From a virus (taxonomy: Duplodnaviria; Caudoviricetes): a stretch of 55,532 nt of DNA. Positions within the stretch are counted from its first letter, which is position 1. Every line of letters begins with the position of its first letter. This document shows positions 42,746 to 52,659 of the stretch, piece by piece. The notes under the pieces are model-generated. The model ran no database searches. It was not told the origin of the DNA and saw nothing but the letters and a program-made list of their open reading frames with translations. Position numbers and translations under genes: made by a program. The stretch covers positions 1-55,532 of IMG/VR virus record IMGVR_UViG_3300045738_001117, one strand, 5' to 3'.

Positions 42746-45700
42746 ATGGCTAATATAAATTGCGAAGGCATAACAGCTGCAAGGCAAGCAAATAAAAAAC
42801 AGATAAGATACTACAGATCAAGAGTATCAGCAAAGATCGACCAGCTAATTGGGGCCCCAGCGCTTAGCCCAGCTATTAATTCTTTAAAGCCAAGAGATGC
42901 AAGCCTTGAGAGACAAAGATATAGAGCTCAAAAAAAGTTACACGACTATCTTGTGAGCACTCTCATGGAACTTGGTCAGATAAAAGGACACATTGTAGAA
43001 GATATCGATATTTTTGGTGACTTGTTACATATTCAATCGCATGAGAATAACGCAGCTCTGTATAATTTTTCAGAGACCCATTATGCAACTATTCTAGAGA
43101 GATTAGGCAAGACAAAACAGTGGTTGAGTAAAGTACCTGCTGAAAAACCTCTAACGCTATGGGAGCAGACGTTTGGAGAGATGTTGAGAATAATTCTTTC
43201 AAGAGACAAATTTGGAATTGCTGCAAAGTTCATGTTAAAGGTAAGAAGCTTTTCTGACAATAGCAGGTCTCTAGATATTGAATATATACGAACATTATCT
43301 ACAAAAGAGAAATCTATACACGATCTTATACGGGAAAAGGTTTCAAATAATATAAAAAACACAGATGATATTGGACACTTAATATTTGGTGGTCTTGAGG
43401 GATTTTTTACAAGAGACAAACGTGAAGTTGTTATTGTCGGAACCAGTATAGCCGATAATAGTTATTCTGTTTTTTATCTTGATAGCAATGGCAATAGAAT
43501 AGGCAAAACTCCAAAAGTTGTTAATAAATCAGAGATTTCTGTTATTGGTAAAAAAGATTTACCAGGCGAGAATAGGATAAGAAGTGCTATACAATTAGCT
43601 GCGCACAAATTCTATCGCAGGTTGCTAAATGGAAGAGTAAGGCATGTAGAGTTTGTGAGGACCCCCCATAATATTGAAGAAGAAGGGGATTTTAATGATG
43701 TGTGGAGGAAGTCACGTGATGGCATGTTTGTTGGCAGGGCTTTATCTGAAGCTGGAAAAGAAAAAGATACAAGAGAAAAACTAGGACTGCAGCCTGATGT
43801 TCATCCACAGCTACATACGGTTAAGTTTGGGGCGTGGGAGTTAACATATGTAATGGTGAAACAAGGTGAAGGGGTGCCAGGGCAAGATGAAGTATACAAA
43901 GCTTACTATACTAAAGCTAGAAGAGGTGACAAAGTAATAATGTTGTATAATCAAGGCGATGTTAAATTAACAGAATCAACAGCAAACCTCGGCCTTGGAA
44001 TTAGTAAAGAAATTCTATACAGAAAGGTGTTCTTAGAAGCAAACGATCATAAAATATTTCAAAAGCCGAGAGTTATTGGAGCAACTGTCGAAGGTGAGCC
44101 TATACTGTCGGAAGGTGGCAAGTTTCGTGCATACTATAATTTTTTTATAAATAAAGACTACGATAATATTCCTGAAGATATAGTTGATGAAATTCATGCT
44201 CAAATAACTGAGACGAGGGTTCTTAATAAGGATTTTTGGGAAAATCTTATAAAGAAAAGAATAGGGTATATGGAGCGTAGCATTAAAAAGGCGGTTGAAA
44301 GACCAGACGTAACAAGAGCTGAAGTGCTAGAGCTCGCTAGGAAAATAAGTGGTGTAGGAGGTGCAAGACACACAATAGATGTTCGTGGTGGTGAAGTAAC
44401 TATGTTAATGGGTGGACTGCAAAAACTAAAGCCAAAAAGGATAAACTTTGATCCTGTAAGATTTAAGGACGGTGTATATGAAGACACAGCAGACAGAGTA
44501 ATGGCTTCATACGAAAAAAAATTAATAAAGAACAACGAAAGCCTTGAAAAATGGGAAAGGGATTTGGCAAATAAAAAAGTTGCCGCAGATTTGTACAATA
44601 AGCATACTGCTGGAATACACAAAGAAAATGAGAGACTGGAAAATGATATTGAAGTATTAGAGAGAACTAGGGACATTATGCTTGATAAGGTAGTTGATGG
44701 CGAGGAAACTCCAGACCAAATGTCATATCTATTTAATCCTGTTCACTTGAGAACTACATCAGCAATGATGGACCATATGCAGAGGGAAGAGGATTTTGAA
44801 TCTCAAATAAAGTATTATGAAAGCACTGCAATGGCTCTAGTGATGGACGAGTTAAGAGCTGATTTGTTAGATGCTTTGATTGATATGAGAACTAATCCAT
44901 CTGTCCAAAATTTAATGATAGACTCAGTAAAAAAGGCGTTTGGTGATCCTACATACAGTGCTAAGTTTTTTGGGGCTGACATGGGATTTGAGAAACTAGC
45001 CAAGATTTTTAATAAACTTAATTTTGCTGGAAAAATGCGAGGAGAGGAAGACCCTTATCGTATATGGACGGCGGACAAAGTTCAGTTTTGGGGGATCATG
45101 CAAAATATGGGCTGGACTGCAAAGCACCTTGGTAAGTTCACCGCAACACAAAATAATTTACAGATACTTAACCCAATTATACTGCATGGATTGGGTACTT
45201 ATCGAACTGCAAAGGGGTTGCTTGACAATGATGTATGGAAAAAAAGAGTTGAAGATACTGGTGTCCTTGTTCTTCTAAATGCTCTTAATGAAATATTGCT
45301 GGGCAGGCGGGAAGGCGACCCGACGCTGAGAGACTATCCGCTTATAAAATATTCTAAAGCGGCAGCTACAATGGCGATGACAAAGAAAGCGTTTATGAAC
45401 ACACCTGACAAGGCAATTGATACGGTAATCATGAGGTCTGCTGCTCTTGGTGATTCAGCCGAAGAAGCACGCAGGCTAAAACAGTTGAAGAAAATATACT
45501 GGGAACTGGTAAATGGTGAGGATTTAGAAGGAAAGAACAAGTCACAGCAAATTCAAATTACTATGGCTAGACTTCAGAAACTTAAAAAGAAATGGTCTAA
45601 AAGGCATATGAGAGAAGCCGCAATGTTTACTTTATCGTGGTTCCCCTTTACTGGCGGCAAGGGGTTTTTCACATTTACAGGTGTTGAAGAAAGGCTAAGA

Positions 45701-46444
45701 GCAACTACTGCAATTATGGAGATGCTTGTAGCGAGAGACACAATGCTGGTTCCTATTGACGATGAAGCTGAATTTTATCGCCACCCGCTCGTTATCCAAA
45801 AGGCTAGATTTGGAGTATATTTAACTCAATTTGGGATGAGCCAGCAATATCTTGCTGGTTTTTTTGGTGGTTTTGGAAAATCTTTTGGACAATTTAAAAC
45901 ATATCCATACTTTGAAACACTGCAAGAGTTTAGATTAATGGAGAATTTCTTTAACTCTTTTGATGGTCAGTCTGCTATGGAAAACGTAGAAACACTTACA
46001 CGAAGAATAGGAGATGCAGCCTATGCAAGTTTTAAAAAGGAAAGTAGAAGTTCCAGCCAAAAAAAGCAAGATATACATTTGATGAGAATGTTTAGGCTTA
46101 TGATGATAAGAGGTGTAGCATCTTTCCTCTCTACTCTCCTTACTTTCAACCCGTATGCATGGGACCTGGTTAAGTCTATAAAGGGAATTGCATACGGAGG
46201 GAGCTGGAGTTTATTTTCATCTGCTTATTTTAGGGGAGCCGAGAGTCCAGCTCTTTCAATTTTAATAAGACTAATGATGCTTCCATTAATAATTGGTGCT
46301 GGTGACGATGACAAAGAAGAAAGAATACTAAGGGATTATTGGCGGCTCTTGCTTCCACCGCTAGTCACGTTCACGTGGGAAATTATTAATAAGATTAAAA
46401 AAGGTGAATCACCTGCCAGAGAGATTGTTGGTAATCCTTTCTAA
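42746..46444 (+). CDS. Large ejection protein with hydrophobic C-terminal channel-like region
   Basis: ATG 42746 after AGAGG; VEERLRATT...TQF...FGQFKTYP pattern; last gene of the block. Confidence 0.7.
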   Translation: MANINCEGITAARQANKKQIRYYRSRVSAKIDQLIGAPALSPAINSLKPRDASLERQRYRAQKKLHDYLVSTLMELGQIKGHIVEDIDIFGDLLHIQSHENNAALYNFSETHYATILERLGKTKQWLSKVPAEKPLTLWEQTFGEMLRIILSRDKFGIAAKFMLKVRSFSDNSRSLDIEYIRTLSTKEKSIHDLIREKVSNNIKNTDDIGHLIFGGLEGFFTRDKREVVIVGTSIADNSYSVFYLDSNGNRIGKTPKVVNKSEISVIGKKDLPGENRIRSAIQLAAHKFYRRLLNGRVRHVEFVRTPHNIEEEGDFNDVWRKSRDGMFVGRALSEAGKEKDTREKLGLQPDVHPQLHTVKFGAWELTYVMVKQGEGVPGQDEVYKAYYTKARRGDKVIMLYNQGDVKLTESTANLGLGISKEILYRKVFLEANDHKIFQKPRVIGATVEGEPILSEGGKFRAYYNFFINKDYDNIPEDIVDEIHAQITETRVLNKDFWENLIKKRIGYMERSIKKAVERPDVTRAEVLELARKISGVGGARHTIDVRGGEVTMLMGGLQKLKPKRINFDPVRFKDGVYEDTADRVMASYEKKLIKNNESLEKWERDLANKKVAADLYNKHTAGIHKENERLENDIEVLERTRDIMLDKVVDGEETPDQMSYLFNPVHLRTTSAMMDHMQREEDFESQIKYYESTAMALVMDELRADLLDALIDMRTNPSVQNLMIDSVKKAFGDPTYSAKFFGADMGFEKLAKIFNKLNFAGKMRGEEDPYRIWTADKVQFWGIMQNMGWTAKHLGKFTATQNNLQILNPIILHGLGTYRTAKGLLDNDVWKKRVEDTGVLVLLNALNEILLGRREGDPTLRDYPLIKYSKAAATMAMTKKAFMNTPDKAIDTVIMRSAALGDSAEEARRLKQLKKIYWELVNGEDLEGKNKSQQIQITMARLQKLKKKWSKRHMREAAMFTLSWFPFTGGKGFFTFTGVEERLRATTAIMEMLVARDTMLVPIDDEAEFYRHPLVIQKARFGVYLTQFGMSQQYLAGFFGGFGKSFGQFKTYPYFETLQEFRLMENFFNSFDGQSAMENVETLTRRIGDAAYASFKKESRSSSQKKQDIHLMRMFRLMMIRGVASFLSTLLTFNPYAWDLVKSIKGIAYGGSWSLFSSAYFRGAESPALSILIRLMMLPLIIGAGDDDKEERILRDYWRLLLPPLVTFTWEIINKIKKGESPAREIVGNPF

Positions 46445-46497
46445 CATCCTAATTATTGCCTCTATCTGTCTTATTATATCTTTTACTTCTTTTTTGC

Positions 46498-46722
46498 TTA
46501 ACCCGTTTGCCATTTTCTCCTCTCTGCCATAAGTGTTGTCCTCATTTCCCAAATGCTAACCGTAACTGATATTGACCGTGAAATTGTAAACTCCAGTGAT
46601 ACGGGAAATAGATAGATACCAACTTGTTGTATAGTCCTTTCTTCTACATTAAACTTTACAGCTGATATTCCGAACATCTTATTTCCAATAGCAAATGAAT
46701 TTTTACTAGTTCCGTGTATCAT
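46498..46722 (-). CDS. Hypothetical protein
   Basis: Last ORF of the leftward block. Confidence 0.5.
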   Translation of the reverse strand: MIHGTSKNSFAIGNKMFGISAVKFNVEERTIQQVGIYLFPVSLEFTISRSISVTVSIWEMRTTLMAERRKWQTG

Positions 46723-47194
46723 CTTTTCTTAGCTCCTCTCTTTTATAATTAGCAATTAGCAGTGCATCACAAGTCTTAAGTGTTGCTTTGTCGTTAATTT
46801 CTTTTGCTATCTCTTTAAGCTTCTTTTTTCTTTCTTGTTTATTTTTAGGTAATGGAGCATACATTTTCATCCATTTTTGAGGTGAAACCTTTTCATGTTC
46901 TATTTTTAAAGCTCCAAGTATACCAAGCCACATGCCATAGTTAGTACCAAACTTAAACGCAGAACTTCTTGCGTCAGTTGGGAAGCTCCAGACATGCTCT
47001 ATTACCGCTATAATATCTTTACCCCCAACAATTCCTTCATTCCTTATTGAGAACATTATGTCAGCCATATCTTCGGGGGAGTCTGGACAGTTATATAGCT
47101 TAGATAGGAGGTCTAGTTTATTAGAATTGCTTACAACTGCAACTCCCCCACTTTTACCAGGATCAATTGCTACTATTATCTTTATACTCTTCAT
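46706..47194 (-). CDS. RuvC-like Holliday junction resolvase
   Basis: AIDPGKSGG, VIEHV, FKFG, PQKW, DALLIA. Confidence 0.9.
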   Translation of the reverse strand: MKSIKIIVAIDPGKSGGVAVVSNSNKLDLLSKLYNCPDSPEDMADIMFSIRNEGIVGGKDIIAVIEHVWSFPTDARSSAFKFGTNYGMWLGILGALKIEHEKVSPQKWMKMYAPLPKNKQERKKKLKEIAKEINDKATLKTCDALLIANYKREELRKDDTRN

Positions 47195-47415
47195 TTAGCT
47201 CGTGTGTGTCCCACGATTCCCATTCGTCAAAACATTCATCACATATATTATCATTAGTTTCCTCCTCTGGCACAAGCACCCCACACAATAAGCACTCAAA
47301 AAGCTCTATAATTTTCATTTAACAAGTAAGTATACTATTAACAATACTATCCAAATAATTATACTACTTTGTTTGGGTAATAAGTCTTTCCAATCAATCA
47401 TTTGTTACTACGAAC

Positions 47416-48711
47416 TTAATCATTCTTATCGAAAAATCTACACTTATTCCCGTCAAAACCTACGGGATAATTACCTATTTGACCATATCTGCTCTTTGCG
47501 GCTACTATCATACATTCATTCTCTTCATATTCAAATCTATCTACCGCCCACCCATAGAATACGAATAGTGCGGTCTCTGCAGTTTGTTCTATTACTCCAC
47601 TTTCAGCATAATCACTCATCTTAGGAATAGGATTATCTCTCTTTTCTATTTCTCTATTCAACTGACTGATTAAGAACGCCGTACAGTTTGCACTTTTGCA
47701 TGCCCACTTGTAGTCATACATTATTTTCTCTATCTCAAATCTTCTTGCTTCTTTGCCTTCTACATTGATTAGCTGAATATAATCATCTATAACTACGTCT
47801 GGTCTATGCTTCATAACTTCTCTTATAGACTCATCTAAACCCCTAATATCATCGTACATCATAAGATTCTTGTATTTTTCCTTTATTCTATCCTTTACAG
47901 TATCGACTTCTGCGAGTTCTTTGATAGTTAGAAGGTGTTTTCTTACTCTATCGTATACTAAGACCTCACTTTCTATAACTAATAGCTTTTTGAGCATTTC
48001 TACGTTACTCATTTCCCTGTTAAATAGCATTACTTTATAGTTCTGCTCCATTAAGCTTTTAATAATATTGAGCATTAATGTTGTCTTTCCATGGCCTGGT
48101 CTTCCTCCAAGCACTGTAACTTCTTTCCTTGTCATTCCTCCTGCTGGTGCATCTAATGCAGGTATTCCAAATGGGATTATATTTGATCCTTCTTTTAGAG
48201 CTTCAGCTGTCTCCTCTATTATTACACTGATCTCACGCATCTTAGTAGGCTGTAGTTCTCTTAACTCTTCTACCAGTCTACTATGTTTCTCTAATACCTT
48301 TGAGGTTTGATTATAATCACTATAACTCATTCTTAGAATATTACTGGCACTTGTAGCACATTCTCTTTGAACATGCTTTTCCCATACTATCTTTGCATAA
48401 TGTTCTAAGTTACCATCAGTAACTGTGTCTGAAACTAATCCTGTTAAGTAATATCCGTATTCACCCTTCCTACCGTGTTTCTCGTTACATCTGTTGACAA
48501 CTGTTACCATTTCAATTGGTTCTCTTTCTTTATACATATTAGACATAACCTTCCAAACATTTTGAGGCTTATCATAATAAAATGCTTTATTCTTTCTTAT
48601 CCATGATGCAGCCCTATCAAAAGCATCAAGACCTCCATATAAAATACAACCTATTAACGCTTCTTCAGCTTCTTCGCTAGATGGAAGAGTCTCCATTATT
48701 TTGTCTATCAT
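47416..48711 (-). CDS. dnaB: DnaB-like replicative helicase
   Basis: EAEEALIG N-domain, GGRPGHGKT, DDYIQL, SQLNR, SGVIEQ, AKSRYG; AGGGG SD before ATG 48711. Confidence 0.93.
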   Translation of the reverse strand: MIDKIMETLPSSEEAEEALIGCILYGGLDAFDRAASWIRKNKAFYYDKPQNVWKVMSNMYKEREPIEMVTVVNRCNEKHGRKGEYGYYLTGLVSDTVTDGNLEHYAKIVWEKHVQRECATSASNILRMSYSDYNQTSKVLEKHSRLVEELRELQPTKMREISVIIEETAEALKEGSNIIPFGIPALDAPAGGMTRKEVTVLGGRPGHGKTTLMLNIIKSLMEQNYKVMLFNREMSNVEMLKKLLVIESEVLVYDRVRKHLLTIKELAEVDTVKDRIKEKYKNLMMYDDIRGLDESIREVMKHRPDVVIDDYIQLINVEGKEARRFEIEKIMYDYKWACKSANCTAFLISQLNREIEKRDNPIPKMSDYAESGVIEQTAETALFVFYGWAVDRFEYEENECMIVAAKSRYGQIGNYPVGFDGNKCRFFDKND

Positions 48712-49558
48712 TGTTGTCCCCTTTATCAAATATCTCTGTTTGAGATATTGGTTCATAGTTCATTATCACTAACTCGCTTATGGTTAATTTATTACTACCC
48801 CCTGCATATATTGTATTTACTGTCTTTATATTAAAGTCTTTATATAGTTCTCTTATTGTTTCTTTATCATCATAGCTCACCATAAACTTTCCACCATCAT
48901 TATTTATTTCCTTGCATTTCTCAGCAAGATCATTATGCATCTCAGTGGTAAAGTCATAGTAATAATAATCTCCTCGCTCACCTGCTACTACATATGGAGG
49001 GTCAAAGTACCACATATCGCCATCTTTTGGCTTATACCTTTTTATGAATGTTCTAAAGTCAAGATTTTCAATTAGAGAGCCATCTAAGTGTTCTCTTGAT
49101 TGTATTAGTTCTTCTTTAAGCAAGTGTTTCCAATCTTTCCTTGCTGTGTTTGGAGCCATATTTAAGTAGGGATTTTTATTAAATGAGTTACGAATCACAT
49201 AATAATATAAACATGCCCTCTCTATATCTGGAATAGTCATTTCTTTAGAACTCAATATTCTTTCCTGTGCTTCTTCAAATACTAATCTGGCTTTAGGCAT
49301 CCAGAATATAAACTCACACATCTCATCAAAATGATAAAGGACTACTGTATAGAGGTTTACTACGTCATTATCAATATCATTGAGAACACTTAGCTTTGCT
49401 TTCTTCTTTCTAAAGAACATGCTTAGACCACCAGCAAATACTTCTAGATACCTGTTATGTTTAGCAAGCATCGGGACCAGCTTTCTGCTGAGTTCAAACT
49501 TGCCTCCAAAGTATGGAATAACTACAGGGCAGTCTCTCCACACTAATGTCTCAATCAT
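48677..49558 (-). CDS. D12-class N6-adenine DNA methyltransferase (Dam-like)
   Basis: PYFGGK, EVFAGG, LNDID, DPPY, FMVSYDD. Confidence 0.93.
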   Translation of the reverse strand: MIETLVWRDCPVVIPYFGGKFELSRKLVPMLAKHNRYLEVFAGGLSMFFRKKKAKLSVLNDIDNDVVNLYTVVLYHFDEMCEFIFWMPKARLVFEEAQERILSSKEMTIPDIERACLYYYVIRNSFNKNPYLNMAPNTARKDWKHLLKEELIQSREHLDGSLIENLDFRTFIKRYKPKDGDMWYFDPPYVVAGERGDYYYYDFTTEMHNDLAEKCKEINNDGGKFMVSYDDKETIRELYKDFNIKTVNTIYAGGSNKLTISELVIMNYEPISQTEIFDKGDNNDRQNNGDSSI

Positions 49559-49570
49559 TTTATTTCTCCC

Positions 49571-49645
49571 TTAGATATGTTCACGACATTTACTACAAAT
49601 ATCTGTAAAAATAATCTTTGCTCCACAACACTTACTTATTTCCAT
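49571..49645 (-). CDS. 24-aa zinc-ribbon peptide (MEISKCCGAK...DICSKCREH)
   Basis: Read manually; GAGGGAG SD. Confidence 0.6.
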   Translation of the reverse strand: MEISKCCGAKIIFTDICSKCREHI

Positions 49646-49646
49646 T

Positions 49647-49835
49647 TTATTCTCCCTCGCAGTCGCTACATATCTTTATATTTTCTTTTACCCCTCTAGC
49701 ACGAAGCATCTTTTCTTCTGACTCACTTAGTGGTACAGAGATCGTGTACAACTGATCTTCTCTATTATTTTCTATTTCATCATTGTTTCTACGCATTTCT
49801 TCTACTTTAGACATAGCATAATTACTTATCTTCAT
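49647..49835 (-). CDS. Hypothetical protein
   Basis: Operon ORF; start uncertain. Confidence 0.5.
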   Translation of the reverse strand: MKISNYAMSKVEEMRRNNDEIENNREDQLYTISVPLSESEEKMLRARGVKENIKICSDCEGE

Positions 49836-50190
49836 TCTGATCTTTCTCCTTTATTAATGTAATTTTTTCGTGTGCTTCTCTTAATGTTTTTCTCATTGGA
49901 TACATTTCTTCAAGTGCTGATATAGCAACGTATGCATAGTTTAGTGATGCTACTGGATATCTAGATAATAAGTTTAATGCGTCTGTTGCAATCTTTAATT
50001 GTCTTTGGGATTCTTGATATCCTTTATCAGAGTACCCTTCATCCAAGTATTTATTTTTGTTATCTACTATTCTTGCATATGCACTATTACCAAGAGGATC
50101 GTTTTCACTATCACCAGCCATTATAAAGAACCATTCATCACTATGCATTACATCTTGGCTTTCTGGCCATTTTTTTACTTCAATTATCAT
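49822..50190 (-). CDS. Hypothetical protein
   Basis: AAGGAG SD; VKKWPESQ..M..EWF. Confidence 0.75.
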   Translation of the reverse strand: MIIEVKKWPESQDVMHSDEWFFIMAGDSENDPLGNSAYARIVDNKNKYLDEGYSDKGYQESQRQLKIATDALNLLSRYPVASLNYAYVAISALEEMYPMRKTLREAHEKITLIKEKDQNEDK

Positions 50191-50423
50191 TTTACTTCTC
50201 CTTTATTATACTCATCTGCTGTAGTGGGCTCTCCATCAAGACTATTTTGACCTAAACACTGTGGGCAATTCTCTCTTTCTTTGCCATACGACGGGAAGTC
50301 TTCATAATAACTAAACCCAATCCTATTTGTATTCCTCTTGTCTATGTATACTACCTCCCACACACGAGTGCATATCATACATAGTTTTAGAATATTCTTG
50401 AAATATCTAGTTCTATCTTTCAT
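50187..50423 (-). CDS. Zinc-ribbon protein
   Basis: CMIC.RVWE...DFPSYGK...CPQC. Confidence 0.75.
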   Translation of the reverse strand: MKDRTRYFKNILKLCMICTRVWEVVYIDKRNTNRIGFSYYEDFPSYGKERENCPQCLGQNSLDGEPTTADEYNKGEVK

Positions 50424-50432
50424 TTTTTAATA

Positions 50433-50570
50433 AATGTAGGGCGAACTCTGCGTTGGCAAACATTTTGGTTCATTAAGCTGTTCCAACCTCGTCGCACACC
50501 GAAGGTGTCATCACGGAGCATATAGCCCTGGATAGTGAGACTTTTATTATACGCTTCAGCACCCTACATT
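50433..50570 (-). ncRNA. Candidate structured RNA cassette 4 (multibranch)
   Basis: AAUGUAGGGUG/CGCCCUACAUU 11-bp closing stem (1 GU); inner ACACC/GGUGU, GUUGG-AACA/UGUU-CCAAC, UCAC/GUGA. Confidence 0.6.
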
Positions 50571-50571
50571 A

Positions 50572-51366
50572 TTACGCTTGTGCTACTTTAGCCATGCTCA
50601 TAACTTTAGGATATATTTTATCTTCAAGCTTATGAGTTGCTTCTGTCTTTCTATTTAGTAAATGAGTAGCTGTCCATGTAGCTGCGTTTAATAAGTCCCA
50701 ATAGTTATTAGGCTTATTAGCTATTATATGGTTAGTGATCTTTTCAATATGTTTGCTAGGAAACATCTCAATTATATCTTTAATGTGTTCCCCTTTAACT
50801 TTAGTACCAGTAAGAATAGGCATATCAGATGCAAATATCCTTGGAATATTATCAACTACTTGTTCTATAATATTTTCAAGATTACTTAAATCCGTTTCAT
50901 TCCATATAATATGCTTAAACTTCTTATGGTCCGAGATACGACCTATTGTCATACCATTTGAGCATACTAATCTGTAAGTACCTGCAAGCACTGATACTTG
51001 CATGCTTCCATCATAAGAATTATGAATAGATACTTGCGGATTAAGCACATCTCCATCACCAATATCAACTTCCTGATCTGGAAATTTATATGTCCACTTA
51101 GTTCTGGCTCCATTAGCAAATGTATTGGATTCAGTTAAGATTCCATTCCATTTCTTAATAGCTGGAAGAGATGCGTCAACTACTTCTTGATTAGTTACTA
51201 GTCTGTAATTGTTAGTCATACAGCTAACTATGCTATCCGTGTCTTCTCTTACTATGAACTTATAACCAGTATCTGTATGCCAGCTGACTGGTTGTTGGGA
51301 TTGATTACCTGTATCTATAAAAGTAGCAGGTACTTCTTTAACTGGAAACAGTGTATTCTCTATCAT
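50572..51366 (-). CDS. DUF932 family protein
   Basis: YRLVTN, HNSYDGS, YRLVCSNG, WDLLNAAT. Confidence 0.88.
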   Translation of the reverse strand: MIENTLFPVKEVPATFIDTGNQSQQPVSWHTDTGYKFIVREDTDSIVSCMTNNYRLVTNQEVVDASLPAIKKWNGILTESNTFANGARTKWTYKFPDQEVDIGDGDVLNPQVSIHNSYDGSMQVSVLAGTYRLVCSNGMTIGRISDHKKFKHIIWNETDLSNLENIIEQVVDNIPRIFASDMPILTGTKVKGEHIKDIIEMFPSKHIEKITNHIIANKPNNYWDLLNAATWTATHLLNRKTEATHKLEDKIYPKVMSMAKVAQA

Positions 51367-51538
51367 TGCTATTTCTCCCTTCTTGTTCTTTGTTGTACTC
51401 TCTTCTAAAGTGTAGAGTAGTAGTGTATACCTGCCCTATACTCCATTCTGGATGAACGAACTTAAAGTAATCGCTAAGTTCCCTTGTTATGTCTTCGCTT
51501 GTTCTTAGAATGTGATCTATTTCCGACATCCTTCCCAT
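51338..51538 (-). CDS. Hypothetical protein
   Basis: AGGAG/GAGG SD. Confidence 0.6.
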   Translation of the reverse strand: MGRMSEIDHILRTSEDITRELSDYFKFVHPEWSIGQVYTTTLHFRREYNKEQEGRNSNDREYTVSS

Positions 51539-51782
51539 ACCTCTTACTCCTTATCTTTTGTACTTCTGTTCCTGATGCTATGTCTTTTTTACCAAGCCAG
51601 TACCGTTGATACCTCAGTATTTCTTCCTCATCATAGTGGTCTATATCAGGGACATCATAGAACAACACTTTTGCAGACATAGCACCTATATCCAGCACTA
51701 TTCCTTTCATCTCTGTAACCAGAGTTTTAAAACAGTCGCCTTTTTTAAGGTTCTTTAGTGTTGTGCAAATTAACTTCTTCAT
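51474..51782 (-). CDS. SH3/KOW-like beta-barrel hypothetical protein
   Basis: LKNLKKGDCFKT...GIVL. Confidence 0.65.
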   Translation of the reverse strand: MKKLICTTLKNLKKGDCFKTLVTEMKGIVLDIGAMSAKVLFYDVPDIDHYDEEEILRYQRYWLGKKDIASGTEVQKIRSKRYGKDVGNRSHSKNKRRHNKGT

Positions 51783-51951
51783 ATCGTTTGAGCATCTCTT
51801 CTATTTCTGATGTTAGCTCCCCATAACTAGTTACCCATTCTCTTTCTTCGTCTGGCTTTTGGGTTTTATTAGCCATAATATACTTTAAAGAGAATAGTAT
51901 CTTTGATACTTCACTTATAGAGAGCTTCATTGTTATACTTCCCTCATCCAT
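51745..51951 (-). CDS. Hypothetical protein
   Basis: GGGAGG SD. Confidence 0.7.
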   Translation of the reverse strand: MDEGSITMKLSISEVSKILFSLKYIMANKTQKPDEEREWVTSYGELTSEIEEMLKRYEEVNLHNTKEP

Positions 51952-51953
51952 TA

Positions 51954-52121
51954 TTATTTGTCAGCCTCCCTTTGTGCTTCTAACATTAAGACATCAAAGT
52001 CATGTACTGTCATTACGCGCCCTTCTTCAAACCAGTTCATTACAATCTCCATAAGAAGCTGTAACCTCTGATAGTCTTCCTTCCAACCTGAACTTGCTTT
52101 TAAAATCTTGCTTTCCACCAT
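51954..52121 (-). CDS. 55-aa hypothetical protein
   Basis: Read manually; GGGG before ATG; fills operon gap. Confidence 0.55.
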   Translation of the reverse strand: MVESKILKASSGWKEDYQRLQLLMEIVMNWFEEGRVMTVHDFDVLMLEAQREADK

Positions 52122-52273
52122 GTACCCCATTTATTAGTAAGTTCAAAGTTAATTTCTCCATCCCAAAGTGGTGCTTCTTTTTCTTTAGTTTCTCTTTTCT
52201 TTTTATAATACTCTCTCATATAAAGAGCATTCTTACTTGGGTTCGGTTTTCTTGGTCTGCCTCTTTTTGTCAT
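52100..52273 (-). CDS. 57-aa AT-hook protein (MTKRGRPRKP...)
   Basis: Read manually; AAGGAG SD; KRGRPRK motif. Confidence 0.7.
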   Translation of the reverse strand: MTKRGRPRKPNPSKNALYMREYYKKKRETKEKEAPLWDGEINFELTNKWGTWWKARF

Positions 52274-52290
52274 TTTATTATCTCCTTGTG

Positions 52291-52545
52291 CTATTCTATT
52301 ATCAGTTCACAGATTTTAGGATTTTTTTCTACTGCTTTTGTTACATCCTTAATACATCTGTCACACATAAATATGCATGATTTTCCGTGTTCATTCTTTA
52401 TATGAACTTTTACACATTTAAACGTATGCATAAATCTCATATATTTGTTCTCTTCGTGTTGACATACATTACAAAAAGCACCGAATCCAGCATCTTCCTG
52501 TGTAACTGTTGTTACAGGTATTTGACCGTTCATAGTTTCCTCCAT
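52291..52545 (-). CDS. Zinc-finger protein
   Basis: CNVC...CDRC; GGAGG SD suggests a start at the second Met. Confidence 0.7.
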   Translation of the reverse strand: MEETMNGQIPVTTVTQEDAGFGAFCNVCQHEENKYMRFMHTFKCVKVHIKNEHGKSCIFMCDRCIKDVTKAVEKNPKICELIIE

Positions 52546-52556
52546 TCATTAAGTTT

Positions 52557-52643
52557 AGGGAGCTAGGGCTGCCTCCACCCGTTGCCAATCACGTACGAAC
52601 TACTTCTCTGTTTGTCTTTGTGGTTCGACACTTTTAGCCCCCT
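52557..52643 (-). ncRNA. Candidate structured RNA cassette 5
   Basis: AGGGGGCUA/UAGCUCCCU 9-bp stem (1 GU); intergenic. Confidence 0.5.
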
Positions 52644-52659
52644 TAATTATTTTGTACAT

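Noticed and set aside
34674-45540. Many 60-170-aa antisense ORFs within the giant genes (and similar ones elsewhere)
   Set aside because: Ser/Leu/Phe-rich shadow frames of the real genes, without SD or motifs
4047-46444. Stop-codon reassignment as in some crAss-like phages
   Set aside because: Standard-code ORFs tile the region densely; TAA, TAG and TGA all end genes at sensible boundaries; no suppressor tRNA seen
46445-46497. Bidirectional terminator at the convergence point
   Set aside because: T-rich on the plus strand but no credible hairpin
52559-52641. tRNA-Ala or tmRNA gene
   Set aside because: The acceptor-like stem is present, but there are no correctly placed D and T arms, anticodon arm, A73 or CCA
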